Source of the DNA: an uncultured Gemmatimonadales bacterium
Lineage (GTDB): Bacteria > Gemmatimonadota > Gemmatimonadetes > Gemmatimonadales > GWC2-71-9
Length of the DNA: 64,000 nt
Direction: 5' to 3'
Assembly: GCA_963730185.1 (NCBI GenBank)
Contig: CAVSQW010000015.1
Span: forward strand, 160,001-224,000
The notes beneath the pieces were generated by a model. The model searched no databases. It worked only from the letters and a program-made list of their open reading frames with translations, and was not told the origin of the DNA. Below are positions 42,625-54,423 of the stretch, piece after piece (positions within the stretch are counted from its first letter, which is position 1; each line of letters starts with the position of its first letter). Made by a program: the position numbers and the translations under genes.

Positions 42625-44319
42625 TCAGCCGGAGGTCGGGCCGGTCCGGCGGTAGGGCGGGGGCTCGGTGAGGTCGCCCCGGGCCACCCGTGCCTGGACC
42701 TCCTGCCAGTACCCAGGGGTGAACAGGGCGGCGTGCTCCGCCCGGAAGGCCCCGTGGAGCGGCTCGGGAAAGCGGAGGAAGCGTTCGAACTCCTCCGGGA
42801 ACACGTCGCCGTCCCTGACCGGGTACCACGGCTCGGCGGCCAGCTCGTCTTCCTCGGTCCGGGGCGCGGGGATCGACCGAAACTGGCAGGCGGTGAGCGC
42901 CGAGATCTCGTCGTAGTCGTAGAAGACCACCCGCCCGTGACGGGTGACCCCGAAGTTCTTCGCCAGCATGTCGCCCGGGAAAATGTTGATGCCGGCCAGC
43001 TCCCGGATGGCGTGGCCGAAGTCCACCACCGCCGCCCGGGCGTCCGCCTCGGAGGCCGAGCGGAGATAGACGTCGAGAGGCGTCATCCGGCGCTCGGTGT
43101 AGAGGTGCGACAGCAGGAGCCGGCCGTCCTTCCGGGTTACGCTCCCGGCCGCGTCCTGGATCAGCTGGGTGTGGACCTCGGGCGCGAAGGCCCGCTCCGG
43201 GAGCGAGAGCCCCTCGAACTCCTGGCTGTCGGCCAGGCGCCCGCCGTGCTCGGTCACGAACACGAACCGATACTTCTCCATCACCTCGCGGCGGGTGACG
43301 GTCTTGGGCGGGTCGGGGCGATCCTTGATCACCTTGAAGACCGCGTTGAGGGGCGGCAGCGCGAAGACCACCATCACCATCCCTTCCACCCCGGGCGCCG
43401 GCTCGAAGTGCCGGCCCGGCTCGGCCACGATCCGCTCGAGCGCCTGGTAGAACTCCCGCTTCCCCTGCTTGTGGTAGCCCAGCACCGTGAAGAGCTCGTC
43501 GATCCGCTTGGCCGGAATCAGCGAGTGGATGAAGGCCACCGCGGCGCGGGGCGCGGCGACATCGACGTGGAAGTAGGAGCGGGTGAACCCGAAGACGATG
43601 CTCGCCTCGTCGGGGGTGAGGAGCACGGCGTCGGGACGGAGCCCATCGGGATGGGGCACGATCGGGACGATCAGCGGCACCCGCCGAGCCGAGGTCGTCA
43701 CCCGTCCTACCAGGAAGGCGCGCCGATTCCGGACCAGGGGCTCGGGCAGGAGGTCCAGGGTGCCGCCCGCCGCCAGCTCGGGCAGTGCCTCCGACATCCG
43801 CCCGGCCACCCAGGCGGCGTCGCCCCGGAGGTCGGCCCAGGCCCGGAAGCCGAGTCGCTCGAACGCGGTCACGATCGAGGCGGTCGGGGTCTCGCCGGCT
43901 GGGAGGGGAAGGGTCTCCGCCACCGACCCTTCGTGCAGGGTCGGCGGTCCCAGGTCGAGGAACTCGGCGGCGGGGTTCACGCCCACCGTGCCGAGGATCC
44001 GTCGGATGGCCGAGTTGTAGAAGGTCCGGCCGATGTCCGCGTCGGGGCGGTCGGCCACCAGGTTGGCGTAGCGGCGGAAGAGAATGTCCGGGGGTACCGG
44101 GTGCCAGTGCGAGAGCCGGCTCACCTCCACCACGGCCTGTTGGACCACCCGGCCGTAGAGCAGCAGCCGCGCCTCCACCCGGCCCTCCATCGCGCGCCAG
44201 TCCCGCCGCTCGAAGTCCTGGCGGACCTGGCGGGTCAGCCGGCGGAACTCGTCGGTGTAGGACGCGAACGCCTGGACCAGGGCATCGGTCGCGAGCCGGA
44301 CGACCGGGTGATTCTGCAT
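42625..44319 (-). CDS. aceK: Isocitrate dehydrogenase kinase/phosphatase
   Basis: APGVEGMVM, VFKVIKD, NIFPGDMLAKNFGVTRHGRVVFYDYDEI, DVFPEEF. Confidence 0.93.
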   Translation of the reverse strand: MQNHPVVRLATDALVQAFASYTDEFRRLTRQVRQDFERRDWRAMEGRVEARLLLYGRVVQQAVVEVSRLSHWHPVPPDILFRRYANLVADRPDADIGRTFYNSAIRRILGTVGVNPAAEFLDLGPPTLHEGSVAETLPLPAGETPTASIVTAFERLGFRAWADLRGDAAWVAGRMSEALPELAAGGTLDLLPEPLVRNRRAFLVGRVTTSARRVPLIVPIVPHPDGLRPDAVLLTPDEASIVFGFTRSYFHVDVAAPRAAVAFIHSLIPAKRIDELFTVLGYHKQGKREFYQALERIVAEPGRHFEPAPGVEGMVMVVFALPPLNAVFKVIKDRPDPPKTVTRREVMEKYRFVFVTEHGGRLADSQEFEGLSLPERAFAPEVHTQLIQDAAGSVTRKDGRLLLSHLYTERRMTPLDVYLRSASEADARAAVVDFGHAIRELAGINIFPGDMLAKNFGVTRHGRVVFYDYDEISALTACQFRSIPAPRTEEDELAAEPWYPVRDGDVFPEEFERFLRFPEPLHGAFRAEHAALFTPGYWQEVQARVARGDLTEPPPYRRTGPTSG

Positions 44320-44419
44320 CCTCGGAGGATAGCGCCGGCGAGGCGCCCGGCGAAACGGACTTGCGGCGCTTGGTCCGCGGGAGAGATGTTGCCGAGCCCC
44401 CTCATCGTCGGAGCGCCGG

Positions 44420-45538
44420 ATGGATCGAGATCCCGCACCGCCGCCGTCCGGGCCGCTCGCCGGGCTCCGGGTGGTGGAGTTCGCCGGCCTCGGCCCGGCG
44501 CCCCTCGCCGGGATGCTCCTGGCCGATCTGGGCGCCGACGTGGTCGTGGTGGATCGTCCCGACGCCGCGGCGATCCACCGTTTCGTGGCGCCGCCCTATC
44601 GGCTGGCCGAACGGGGCAAGCGGCGGGTCGGGCTCGATCTGAAGGCCCCCGAGGGGGTCGCTGGGGCGCTGGCGCTGGTGGAATGCGGGGAGGCCCTAAT
44701 CGAGGGTCTTCGACCGGGCGCGATGGAACGGCTCGGGCTCGGGCCCGAGGTCGCGCTCTCTCGCCGGCCGTCGCTGGTCTACGCCCGGATCACCGGGTGG
44801 GGCCAGACGGGGCCGCGGGCACCGACCGCCGGTCACGACATCGACTACCTGGCCATTACCGGCGCGCTCCACGCGATCGGTCCCGCCGGTGCGCCGGTGG
44901 TGCCGCTCAACCTGGTGGGCGACTATGCCGGGGGAACGCTCTTCGGGGTGGTCGGGCTCCTCGCTGCCCTGCTGGAGGCCCGCCGGTCCGGCCAGGGACA
45001 GGTGGTGGACGTGGCGATGGTGGACGGGGTGGGCGCGATCATGGCGCCGCTCTTCGGCATGCTGGCCGGCGGAGGCTGGGAGGACCGGCGCGAGGCCAAC
45101 CTGCTCGACGGCGCGGCGCCCTTCTACACGACCTACCGCACTCGGGATGGAGGCTTCCTGGCCGTCGGGGCGCTGGAGGATCGGTTCTTTTCCGTCCTGG
45201 CCGCCGGCCTCGACCTCGACCCCGGCCTGGTCGTCACCCGCCGGGACCGAGCGACCTGGCCGGCGCTCCGCGAAACGCTGGCGGCCCGGATCGCGACCCG
45301 AACGCGCGACGAGTGGGTGGCGCATTTCGACGGTTCGGACGCCTGCGTCGCGCCGGTGCTCTCCCTCGGCGAGGCCGGCAGCGATGCCCACCAGCGGGCC
45401 CGGGGCGCCTTCGTCGAGGTCGACGGAGTGCAGCACCCGGCGCCGGCGCCGCGGTTCGGTCGTACCCCTGCCAGGCCGCCGGGCCGGCCGGCGGTCGAGT
45501 CGGTGGATCTGAAGGTGGTGCTCGAACAATGGGCCTAG
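44420..45538 (+). CDS. CaiB/BaiF CoA-transferase family (alpha-methylacyl-CoA racemase-like)
   Basis: GPLAGLRVVEFAGLGPAP, AGHDIDY, GDYAGG, PAPAPRF. Confidence 0.9.
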   Translation: MDRDPAPPPSGPLAGLRVVEFAGLGPAPLAGMLLADLGADVVVVDRPDAAAIHRFVAPPYRLAERGKRRVGLDLKAPEGVAGALALVECGEALIEGLRPGAMERLGLGPEVALSRRPSLVYARITGWGQTGPRAPTAGHDIDYLAITGALHAIGPAGAPVVPLNLVGDYAGGTLFGVVGLLAALLEARRSGQGQVVDVAMVDGVGAIMAPLFGMLAGGGWEDRREANLLDGAAPFYTTYRTRDGGFLAVGALEDRFFSVLAAGLDLDPGLVVTRRDRATWPALRETLAARIATRTRDEWVAHFDGSDACVAPVLSLGEAGSDAHQRARGAFVEVDGVQHPAPAPRFGRTPARPPGRPAVESVDLKVVLEQWA

Positions 45539-47670
45539 CGGCGGGGACCGTCCGGCAGGAAGGTGCGGCGAGGGTGCCCGCTCCGGTCCATGGTCCGGCG
45601 CTCGCCGGTCCAGGGGCGCTCCACCAGCTGGCGCGGGGCTCCGGCCGACAGGGCCCGGAGGGCCGCGTTCAGGGTGTAGGGGTCGGCGCCGGCGTCGTTC
45701 ACCAGGTAGCCCTGGTCCCGGAGTGATGCCACCGTCACGGCGCTCAGCGGATTGAATCCGTCGTTCAGGTAGCCGGTCATCAGCTCGGAGCCGAGGATCG
45801 ACTCGCGCCAGTGCGAGTCCTGGGTGCCCGGCCCGCCGGTGTTCTCGACCGGCACGGTGTTACCGGCGTAGTTCCTGAAGTCGGCGGCGGCGAACGCGCC
45901 GCGGGCCGAGCCTCCGGTGAAGTAGGGGTCGCCGGTGCCCCCACCCACCAGGAGGTTCTGGTAGTCCCAGATCGAGCCGATCCCGAGGATGTGCCCCATC
46001 TCGTGGAGGACCACGCTCTCGAACTGGCCGGCGGCGATCAGCTGGTTCACGTCGGCGACGTCGAACTGCATCCGGCCGATGAAGGGGAGGAAACCGTCGT
46101 CGCGGGCCCAGCACCAGTAGGCGGACCCGAGGACCCCGCCAGGACCATCGATGGACTCGATGCTGGCGAAGATCAGGAGGTCGTCGATGGTCTCGTCGAT
46201 GTTCTGGCCTCCGCAGAAGCTCAGGTCGTCGTGGAAGGGGATGTCCTGCACGTCGCCGACGATCAGGCTCTCCCAACGCGCCGCCGCCGAGTCGAAGGCG
46301 GCCTTCTGGGCGGCGTTGGGTTGGGCCCCGATGAAGCGGACCTCGATGTGAAAGGCCGAGGGCGGCGGGGCGCTGGCGGTGGCGGTGAAGACCACGGGCG
46401 GGAGCCCGTCGGGCCGGGCCTCGACGGTCTGCACGGCCTCGGTGGGGCCCAGACGCCAGGCGCCTAACGCGGCCTCGCCCTGGAAGTCCGACACGGCCGA
46501 GCTCCGGGCCAGCGACCCGGCACCGGTAGTCACCAGGAACGACACCGGCGCGCCCGCCACCGGCCGGCCGCCGGCGTCGGTCAGCCGGATCCGGGGCATC
46601 TGGCCGGGGAAATTGCCGAGGAACCCGGCCTGCTGCACGACGGAGACGGGGGCCGCCTGGGCTGGGGTGGCCAGGACCCCGGTGGCCGTGATCAGGATCG
46701 GCGGAGTGCCCAGCACCTGGGCCTTGAGCTCGTTCGGGCCGGGAACGAGGCTGAGAACCCAGGTCGGAGCGACCGCCAATCCCGTGGGGTCGGTCTTGAC
46801 CGAGCCGCTCCCCACCAGCCTGCCGCCGTCCTGGACGGAGAACCCGACCGTGACGTCGGCCAGCGGGGCGCCCGAGTCGTCGACCGCCAGAATGGTGGGG
46901 GCCAAGGGGACCGCCGTGCCGGCATTGGCGGCCTGGTTATTGCCCGCCGCGATAGACGTGGCGGCGGGCGCCGAAAAGGCCGTGAACGTTGCTGTGGCTC
47001 CCGTGGCTGGCGCCACGGCCTTGACCTGGTAGACTCCGCTCTGGTTGGGGATCCGCCAGGAGGTGAGCCCGGCGGTGCCGGCCGCGTCCGTCGTCCGGCT
47101 GTCGCCCTCGAGGGTGGCCAGTCCGGCCGGATCGCTGAACTCGACGGCAGTGCCCTCGATCGGGTTGCCGAAGGCGTCGGACGCCCGGATGGTGGGCGGT
47201 GCCGCGACCGCTCGGCCGACGACCACGATCTGGTTGGCCGGCGTGGTCGGGCTCAGCAGCGCCAGCCGGCCGACGGTGACGGTGGCATGGGCCACCGCGG
47301 GCGCGACTCCGGCGACCGTGCCCGAGAGCGATTGGTCACCCAGGGTGCCGCCGACGGTCCAGGTCACGGACACGGAGCCGTCCGTCCGGGTGGTGTCGGA
47401 CCGGCGGCTCGGGAAGCCGGTCGCGTCGGCAAGGGTGAAAGTGACCTGGACGCCTGAGAGCGGCCCCTGCTGGTCCGACACCAGAAAGCGGACCGCGTTG
47501 GGCAGCGGCGTCCCGGCGGCGGCCGTCTGGCGATCGCCGGCGGCGACCACGATCTGGTTGGGCGTCCGGGCGGGCGGCGGCTCCTGCCCGCCGCAGGCGG
47601 CGAGCAGGGCAAGGAGGGGCGCTAGGCGATGGACCGGTTGGGCGGGCATGATCGGGAACGACCGGGTCAC
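45535..47670 (-). CDS. Lipoprotein with Ig-like repeats and leishmanolysin-like zinc peptidase domain
   Basis: Lipobox LAAC; repeated GDRQ/GNNQ Ig-like units; HEMGHILG, SHWRE, ELMTG. Confidence 0.82.
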   Translation of the reverse strand: MTRSFPIMPAQPVHRLAPLLALLAACGGQEPPPARTPNQIVVAAGDRQTAAAGTPLPNAVRFLVSDQQGPLSGVQVTFTLADATGFPSRRSDTTRTDGSVSVTWTVGGTLGDQSLSGTVAGVAPAVAHATVTVGRLALLSPTTPANQIVVVGRAVAAPPTIRASDAFGNPIEGTAVEFSDPAGLATLEGDSRTTDAAGTAGLTSWRIPNQSGVYQVKAVAPATGATATFTAFSAPAATSIAAGNNQAANAGTAVPLAPTILAVDDSGAPLADVTVGFSVQDGGRLVGSGSVKTDPTGLAVAPTWVLSLVPGPNELKAQVLGTPPILITATGVLATPAQAAPVSVVQQAGFLGNFPGQMPRIRLTDAGGRPVAGAPVSFLVTTGAGSLARSSAVSDFQGEAALGAWRLGPTEAVQTVEARPDGLPPVVFTATASAPPPSAFHIEVRFIGAQPNAAQKAAFDSAAARWESLIVGDVQDIPFHDDLSFCGGQNIDETIDDLLIFASIESIDGPGGVLGSAYWCWARDDGFLPFIGRMQFDVADVNQLIAAGQFESVVLHEMGHILGIGSIWDYQNLLVGGGTGDPYFTGGSARGAFAAADFRNYAGNTVPVENTGGPGTQDSHWRESILGSELMTGYLNDGFNPLSAVTVASLRDQGYLVNDAGADPYTLNAALRALSAGAPRQLVERPWTGERRTMDRSGHPRRTFLPDGPRR

Positions 47671-47775
47671 AGGTCCCTAACGATGGATGCAAAGGGGCCG
47701 TGATGCCAGCCCGCCCGCGAACGCGCTGGGTCGCGCGGGGGGATCGAGTTCGAGAGCCCGGAAGGGGTGCCCAGA

Positions 47776-48306
47776 ATGAAGCAGACGACGCTGGTGGCCA
47801 AGCCCGTGCTGGTCGCGGCCTACGTGGCCGCGATCCTGATTCTTGCCGACCAGGCGGCCGAGTTCATCGTCAGTGTCTACCCGCCCCGGCTCGGTGCGGT
47901 CGACTGGCGGTTCGCCGCGTACGGGCTCCTGATCGGTCGGACGACCGCCCTGGTCGTGGCCGACCTGCTCGTCCAGCTCGCGGCGGTCGGCCTCGGACAC
48001 CGTCGGGTCCTTCGCGCGTCGGTGGTGGCGCACGCCGTCGTCGGGCTCCTCCTCCTCCTCGGCCTGGCCGGATTCGCGCTGGATGCGCTCCAGCTCCGCC
48101 GCTCGCTCCAGCCCGGCGGGCCGGTGACGCTGGAGACCCTCGAGCTGGCGTCCGCCCAGGCCGCGGGGATCGTCGTGCTGGGCCTCGCCTACTGCGGGGT
48201 GGTGGCCGTCGCGGCCCGTCGCGCCGCTCAGGCCATGCCGAAGCCGATCTCCTCGGCGGTCGACCCCGTGCTGGTGGTGAATACCGGAGGCCGCCGCGAT
48301 GGATGA
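47776..48306 (+). CDS. Hypothetical multi-pass membrane protein
   Basis: About four hydrophobic segments; ILADQ...WRF motif. Confidence 0.7.
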   Translation: MKQTTLVAKPVLVAAYVAAILILADQAAEFIVSVYPPRLGAVDWRFAAYGLLIGRTTALVVADLLVQLAAVGLGHRRVLRASVVAHAVVGLLLLLGLAGFALDALQLRRSLQPGGPVTLETLELASAQAAGIVVLGLAYCGVVAVAARRAAQAMPKPISSAVDPVLVVNTGGRRDG

Positions 48307-48769
48307 GGTCTTGGCGTCGCCGCACCGGCCGTTCGCCGGCCCGGTGGCCGCCGTCGCGGTCGCCGGCGGGGTGATGATCCTGGCCGACCAGCTGTTCCAG
48401 GTGGCCGTGACACTGGGAGGCGTCGACCTCGCGGTGCCGGCGTGGCGGGTGCAGGCCGCCCTCCTGGTGGGGAGCCGGGTGGCCGGTCTGGTGCTCAGCC
48501 CCCTCCTGCTGGTGATCGGGTGCCGACTCGTCGCGGGCGTGTGGGGGCTCCGGGCGGCCCAGGGGCTGATCGTCGTCCTCGCCGTGGCGGCGCTCGCCGC
48601 CGCCATCTCGATCGTCTGGGACGGTGCCGAGGTGGTGTCGCTGGTGGCTCGGGACCAGCTGGGCCAGTTCGTGGGAGACCGGATTCGGGCTTTGATCGGG
48701 TCGCTGCTGGGGCTGATCGGGCTCGGGGTAGTCGGCTGGGCCTCCCGCTCCCCCCAACCGCATTCTTGA
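48299..48769 (+). CDS. Hypothetical multi-pass membrane protein (probable paralog of upstream gene)
   Basis: Overlaps previous stop; ILADQ...WRV motif. Confidence 0.65.
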   Translation: MDEVLASPHRPFAGPVAAVAVAGGVMILADQLFQVAVTLGGVDLAVPAWRVQAALLVGSRVAGLVLSPLLLVIGCRLVAGVWGLRAAQGLIVVLAVAALAAAISIVWDGAEVVSLVARDQLGQFVGDRIRALIGSLLGLIGLGVVGWASRSPQPHS

Positions 48770-48794
48770 CCGTCGTTTAGGCGAAGGCTATAAT
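48766..48794 (+). promoter_or_regulatory. sigma70 promoter of rpsL-rpsG
   Basis: TTGACC-N17-TATAAT; the -35 contains the upstream TGA stop. Confidence 0.9.
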
Positions 48795-48886
48795 CCACGG
48801 CTCCCGGTTTTTCTGGCCGGGGTATCAGTGTGCTTGGCCTCTCGGGCCGGGCCAGCATCACAGAGAGCGGGAAACTCGGGACGGGA

Positions 48887-49270
48887 ATGCCGACGATCAA
48901 TCAATTGGTACGCAAGGGACGGAAGGCGGCCGCGACGAAAGACAAGTCGCCTGCGCTGGCCCGCAATCCGTTCCGACGGGGTGTGTGCACTCGGGTTTAC
49001 ACCGTCACCCCCAAGAAGCCGAACTCGGCGCTTCGGAAGGTCGCGAAGGTCCGGCTGGTGAACGGCTTCGAGGTCATCGCGTACATCCCGGGTGAGGGGC
49101 ACAATCTGCAGGAGCACTCGATCGTGCTGATCCGGGGCGGCCGGGTGAAGGACTTGCCCGGCGTGCGCTACCATATCGTGCGCGGGACGCTCGACGCGGC
49201 CGGGGTCAACGGTCGCCGGCAGAGCCGGTCCAAGTACGGGGCCAAGGCGCCGAAGGACGGTGCCAAGTGA
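48887..49270 (+). CDS. rpsL: 30S ribosomal protein S12
   Basis: [29 protein letters not shown]. Confidence 0.97.
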   Translation: MPTINQLVRKGRKAAATKDKSPALARNPFRRGVCTRVYTVTPKKPNSALRKVAKVRLVNGFEVIAYIPGEGHNLQEHSIVLIRGGRVKDLPGVRYHIVRGTLDAAGVNGRRQSRSKYGAKAPKDGAK

Positions 49271-49737
49271 GTCGCCGGAACAAGGCCATCAAGCGGCCGG
49301 TGCCGCCCGATCCGCGGTACGACAGCCAGACGGTCTCCAAGTTCGTGAACTCGCTCATGTACGAGGGCAAGAAGAGTCTCGCCGAGCGGGTGTTCTATCA
49401 GGCGATGGACCTGATCGAGGAGCGGACCGGGCAGCCGGGCGTGACCGTGTTCAAGCAGGCGGTCTCGAACGCCAAGCCGGCGGTCGAGGTCAAGAGCCGC
49501 CGGGTGGGCGGCGCCTCGCTCCAGGTGCCGGTCGAAGTGCGTCCCGAGCGGCGGACCTCGCTGGCCATGCGGTGGCTGATCCAGTACGCCAGGGCCCGGA
49601 GCGAGAAGTCGATGTCCGAGCGGCTGGCCGCCGAGCTGATCCTGGCCTCGAAGGGCGAGGGCAACACGATCAAGAAGAAGGAAGACACCCACAAGATGGC
49701 CGAGGCGAACCGCGCTTTCGCGCACTATCGCTGGTAG
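49267..49737 (+). CDS. rpsG: 30S ribosomal protein S7
   Basis: [21 protein letters not shown]. Confidence 0.97.
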   Translation: MSRRNKAIKRPVPPDPRYDSQTVSKFVNSLMYEGKKSLAERVFYQAMDLIEERTGQPGVTVFKQAVSNAKPAVEVKSRRVGGASLQVPVEVRPERRTSLAMRWLIQYARARSEKSMSERLAAELILASKGEGNTIKKKEDTHKMAEANRAFAHYRW

Positions 49738-49754
49738 CCTTCGGTCGGTGGGAT

Positions 49755-49798
49755 GGAACCGGGCTCCGGGCGGTCGGCGGGAGCCCGGTTTCCGTTTC
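49755..49798 (+). terminator. Terminator-like hairpin after rpsG
   Basis: AACCGGGCTCC/GGAGCCCGGTT stem followed by TCCGTTTC. Confidence 0.65.
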
Positions 49799-49804
49799 GG
49801 TCAC

Positions 49805-49833
49805 TTGACCGAAGTCCAAGTGTAGAATAGCTT
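49805..49833 (+). promoter_or_regulatory. Internal sigma70 promoter upstream of fusA
   Basis: TTGACC-N17-TAGCTT in a locally AT-rich patch. Confidence 0.7.
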
Positions 49834-50069
49834 TTTGGGCTCCCGATCTTGGCGCATCGGGAAGGCAGGGCCGCGTGACGGGAGCTTCCGCCACCTCCGG
49901 CTCGGCGAACAAGCCAAGGGCCGCCCCAAGGGCGCCCCCTCCCAACGGCCGGAGCCAGGGCCGAGGAGGCGTGCGGAGCGATACCGCGGGACCGAGGGGT
50001 CCCGGACCGGTCGCCCCGCTTTTCTGTTGGGACGGGACGCTTTCGCGAGACGGGACAGACGGACGGAAC

Positions 50070-52167
50070 ATGGCTAGAGAGACACCGCTCGAACGCTATC
50101 GGAACATCGGCATCATGGCGCACATCGATGCCGGCAAGACGACGACGACCGAGCGCATCCTCTATTACACGGGGAAGAACTACAAGATGGGCGAGGTCCA
50201 TGATGGCGCGGCCACCATGGACTGGATGGAGCAGGAGCAGGAGCGGGGCATCACCATCACCTCGGCCGCGACCACCTGCTTCTGGGTTCGGAACGACACC
50301 CCGTTTCGGATCAACATCATCGACACGCCCGGCCACGTGGACTTCACCGCCGAGGTCGAGCGCTCTCTGCGGGTGCTCGACGGGGCGGTGACCTTGCTCG
50401 ACTCGGTGGCCGGCGTCGAGCCGCAGACCGAGACGGTCTGGCGTCAGGCCGACCGCTACGGCGTGCCCCGGATCATCTTCGCGAACAAGATGGACCGGGT
50501 CGGCGCCGATTTCTATCGCTGCGTCGACATGATCCGGGCGCGGCTCACCCGGAAGGCCTTCCCGATCCAGCTGCCGGTCGGCTCGGGAGAGACCTTCACC
50601 GGGCACATCGATCTGCTCCGGCAGGTCGAGCGCGTCTTCGACGACGCCACGATGGGCAGGAACTTCACCGAGATGCCGGTGCCCGAGGCGCTCAAGGCGG
50701 ACGTGGAGAAGTGGCGGCACGATCTGATCGAGGCCGCGATCGAGCACGAGGAGGATCTGCTCGAGAAGTACTTCGCGGGCGAGGAGCTGACCGAGGCCGA
50801 GATCCAGGGGGCAATCCGCCGGGCGACCTGCAACGGTTGGATCGTGCCGGTGCTCTGCGGCGCCTCGTTCAAGAACAAGGGCGTGCAGTCGCTGCTCGAC
50901 GCTGTCATCGATTACCTGCCGAGTCCGATCGACGTGCCGCCGATCAAGGGGCATCTTCCCTTGCACGACGACACCCAGGTCGAGCGGAAGGCGGGCGACG
51001 AGGAGCCGTTCTCGGCCCTGGCGTTCAAGGTGGCGACCGATCCCTTCGTCGGGACGGCTCACCTTTTTCCGAGTCTATTCCGGGTCGGTCAGGGCGGGGA
51101 GCTACGTCTACAACAGCTCCAAGGACAAGCGGGAGCGGGTCGGGCGGCTGTTGCAGATGCACGCCAACAAGCGGGAGGAGATCGAGGAGGTCATGGCCGG
51201 CGACATCGCCGCCGCCATCGGCCTCAAGGACACCCGCACCGGCGACACGCTGTCCGACGAGGCCAAGCCGGTCATTCTCGAGGCCATGCGGTTCCCGAAC
51301 CCGGTCATCGACGTCGCGATCGAGCCCAAGACCAAGGCCGATCAGGACAAGATGGGCATCGCCCTCCAGAAGCTCGCCGAAGAAGATCCCACTTTCCAAG
51401 TCCGCTCCGACGCCGAGACCGGCCAGACGATCATCGCCGGCATGGGCGAGCTCCATCTGGAGATCATCGTCGATCGGATGAAGCGGGAGTTCAAGGTCGA
51501 GGCCAACGTGGGACGCCCGCAGGTGGCCTACCGCGAGACGGTCATGAAGAAGGTCACCCAGGTGGAGGGCCGGTTCATCCGCCAGTCTGGTGGTAAGGGG
51601 CAGTACGGCCACGTGGTGATCGACCTCGAGCCGGCCGAGGCGGGCTCCGGGTTCCACTTCGAGGACAAGATCGTGGGCGGCGTGATCCCGCGGGAATTCA
51701 TCAAGCCGGTCGAGGCGGGCATCAAGGAAGCCCTCGAGAACGGCGTGCTGGCGGGCTATCCGGTGGTCGACGTGAAGGTGTCGCTGGTGTTCGGCAGCTA
51801 CCATGACGTGGACTCGTCGGAAATGGCGTTCAAGATCGCGGGCTCGATGGCCTTCAAGGAGGCGGCGAGGAAGGCCCACCCGATCATCCTCGAGCCGATC
51901 ATGGAGGTCGAGGTCGTGACCCCGGCCGACTATCTCGGCGACGTGATCGGCGATCTCTCCAGCCGCCGCGGCAAGATCGGCGGGATGACCCAGCGGGGCG
52001 AGGCCCAGGTGGTCGCGGCCGACGTGCCGCTATCGGAGATGTTCGGCTACTCCACCACGCTGCGGAGCACCAGCCAGGGTCGAGCGGTGTACTCGATGCA
52101 GTTCGACCACTACGAGCAGGTGCCGAAGCAGGTGGAAGAGCAGATCGTCGCCAAGACGAAGAAGTAG
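50070..52167 (+). CDS. fusA: Elongation factor G (apparent +1 frameshift near 51051-51053)
   Basis: [40 protein letters not shown]; removing one G restores [15 protein letters not shown]. Confidence 0.96.
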
Positions 52168-52240
52168 GACGGGACGGGGGACGGGCTGAGTCGACCCGTC
52201 GCTGAGGACTGAAAGATCAAACCCTGAGCGGAGCTCCGAG

Positions 52241-53439
<1,199 letters not shown>

Positions 53440-53447
53440 TGCGGTCG

Positions 53448-53471
53448 GACGGACTGACGGACTGACGGACT
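53448..53471 (+). repeat. Octamer tandem repeat (GACGGACT)x3
   Basis: Three exact copies between tuf and rpsJ. Confidence 0.9.
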
Positions 53472-53485
53472 AAAGAGAGCGATTC

Positions 53486-53794
53486 ATGGCGAGTAAGATT
53501 CGAATCCGCCTCAAGGCGTTCGACCACGTGGTCCTCGACCAGGCGGCCGGCGACATCGCCCGAGCGGTCGAGAAGACGGGGGCCCAGGTGGCCGGGCCGA
53601 TTCCACTGCCCTGTAAGATCGAGCGGTGGACGGTGCTCCGGAGCCCGCACATCGACAAGAAGAGCCGGGAGCAGTTCGAGCTCCGGACGCACAAGCGATT
53701 GCTGGACATCAACGATTCGCGCCCCCAGACGATGGACGCGCTGACGAAGCTCGATTTGCCGGCTGGCGTGGACGTCGAGATCAAGGTCGAGTAG
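53486..53794 (+). CDS. rpsJ: 30S ribosomal protein S10
   Basis: [24 protein letters not shown]. Confidence 0.97.
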   Translation: MASKIRIRLKAFDHVVLDQAAGDIARAVEKTGAQVAGPIPLPCKIERWTVLRSPHIDKKSREQFELRTHKRLLDINDSRPQTMDALTKLDLPAGVDVEIKVE

Positions 53795-53796
53795 CG

Positions 53797-54423
53797 ATGA
53801 CGGCTGGACTGATTGGACGCAAGGTGGGCATGACGCGGGTGTTCGCCGAGGACGGCGTCGCGGTGCCGGTGACCGTCGTCGAGGCGGGCCCCTGCCGGGT
53901 GCTCCAGGTGCGAGACGGCGGGGTGCAGATCGGCTACGGGGCCAAGCGGGCATCGCGGGCGCCCAAGGCCGAGGTGGGCCACGCCAAGGTGGCGGGAGTC
54001 GAGACCGCGCCCGAGGTGGTGCGGACGATCCCCCTCAACGGACCCGAGACGCCCAAGCCGGGCGATACCCTCACCGTCCAGATCTTCGCCGAGGGCGAGA
54101 TGGTGAAGGTCACGGGGCGCTCCAAAGGCCGCGGGTTCCAAGGCGTCGTGCACCGGTACGGGTCCGGCGGTGGACCCGCGTCCCACGGCAACACCCGTCA
54201 CCGGAAGCCCGGGTCGATCGGCGCCGGGACGGATCCGTCGCGGGTGATCAAGGGCAAGCGGATGCCCGGACACATGGGCGACCGGCGTCACACCGAGCTC
54301 GGGCTTCGGATCGTCCGGGTCGACGCCGAGCGGAATCTGCTCTTCATTCGGGGCGCGGTCCCCGGGGCGCGGAACGGCATCGTGTTGGTCGCGAAGCAGG
54401 GAGGAAAGAGCCGCCATGATTGA
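53797..54423 (+). CDS. rplC: 50S ribosomal protein L3
   Basis: GRKVGMTRVF, SKGRGFQG, KGKRMPGHMG. Confidence 0.96.
   Translation: MTAGLIGRKVGMTRVFAEDGVAVPVTVVEAGPCRVLQVRDGGVQIGYGAKRASRAPKAEVGHAKVAGVETAPEVVRTIPLNGPETPKPGDTLTVQIFAEGEMVKVTGRSKGRGFQGVVHRYGSGGGPASHGNTRHRKPGSIGAGTDPSRVIKGKRMPGHMGDRRHTELGLRIVRVDAERNLLFIRGAVPGARNGIVLVAKQGGKSRHD

Noticed and set aside
49875..50069. 65-aa N-terminal extension of EF-G from GTG 49875
   Set aside because: Conserved EF-G start is ATG 50070; the upstream frame is GC-rich and structured, better explained as leader RNA
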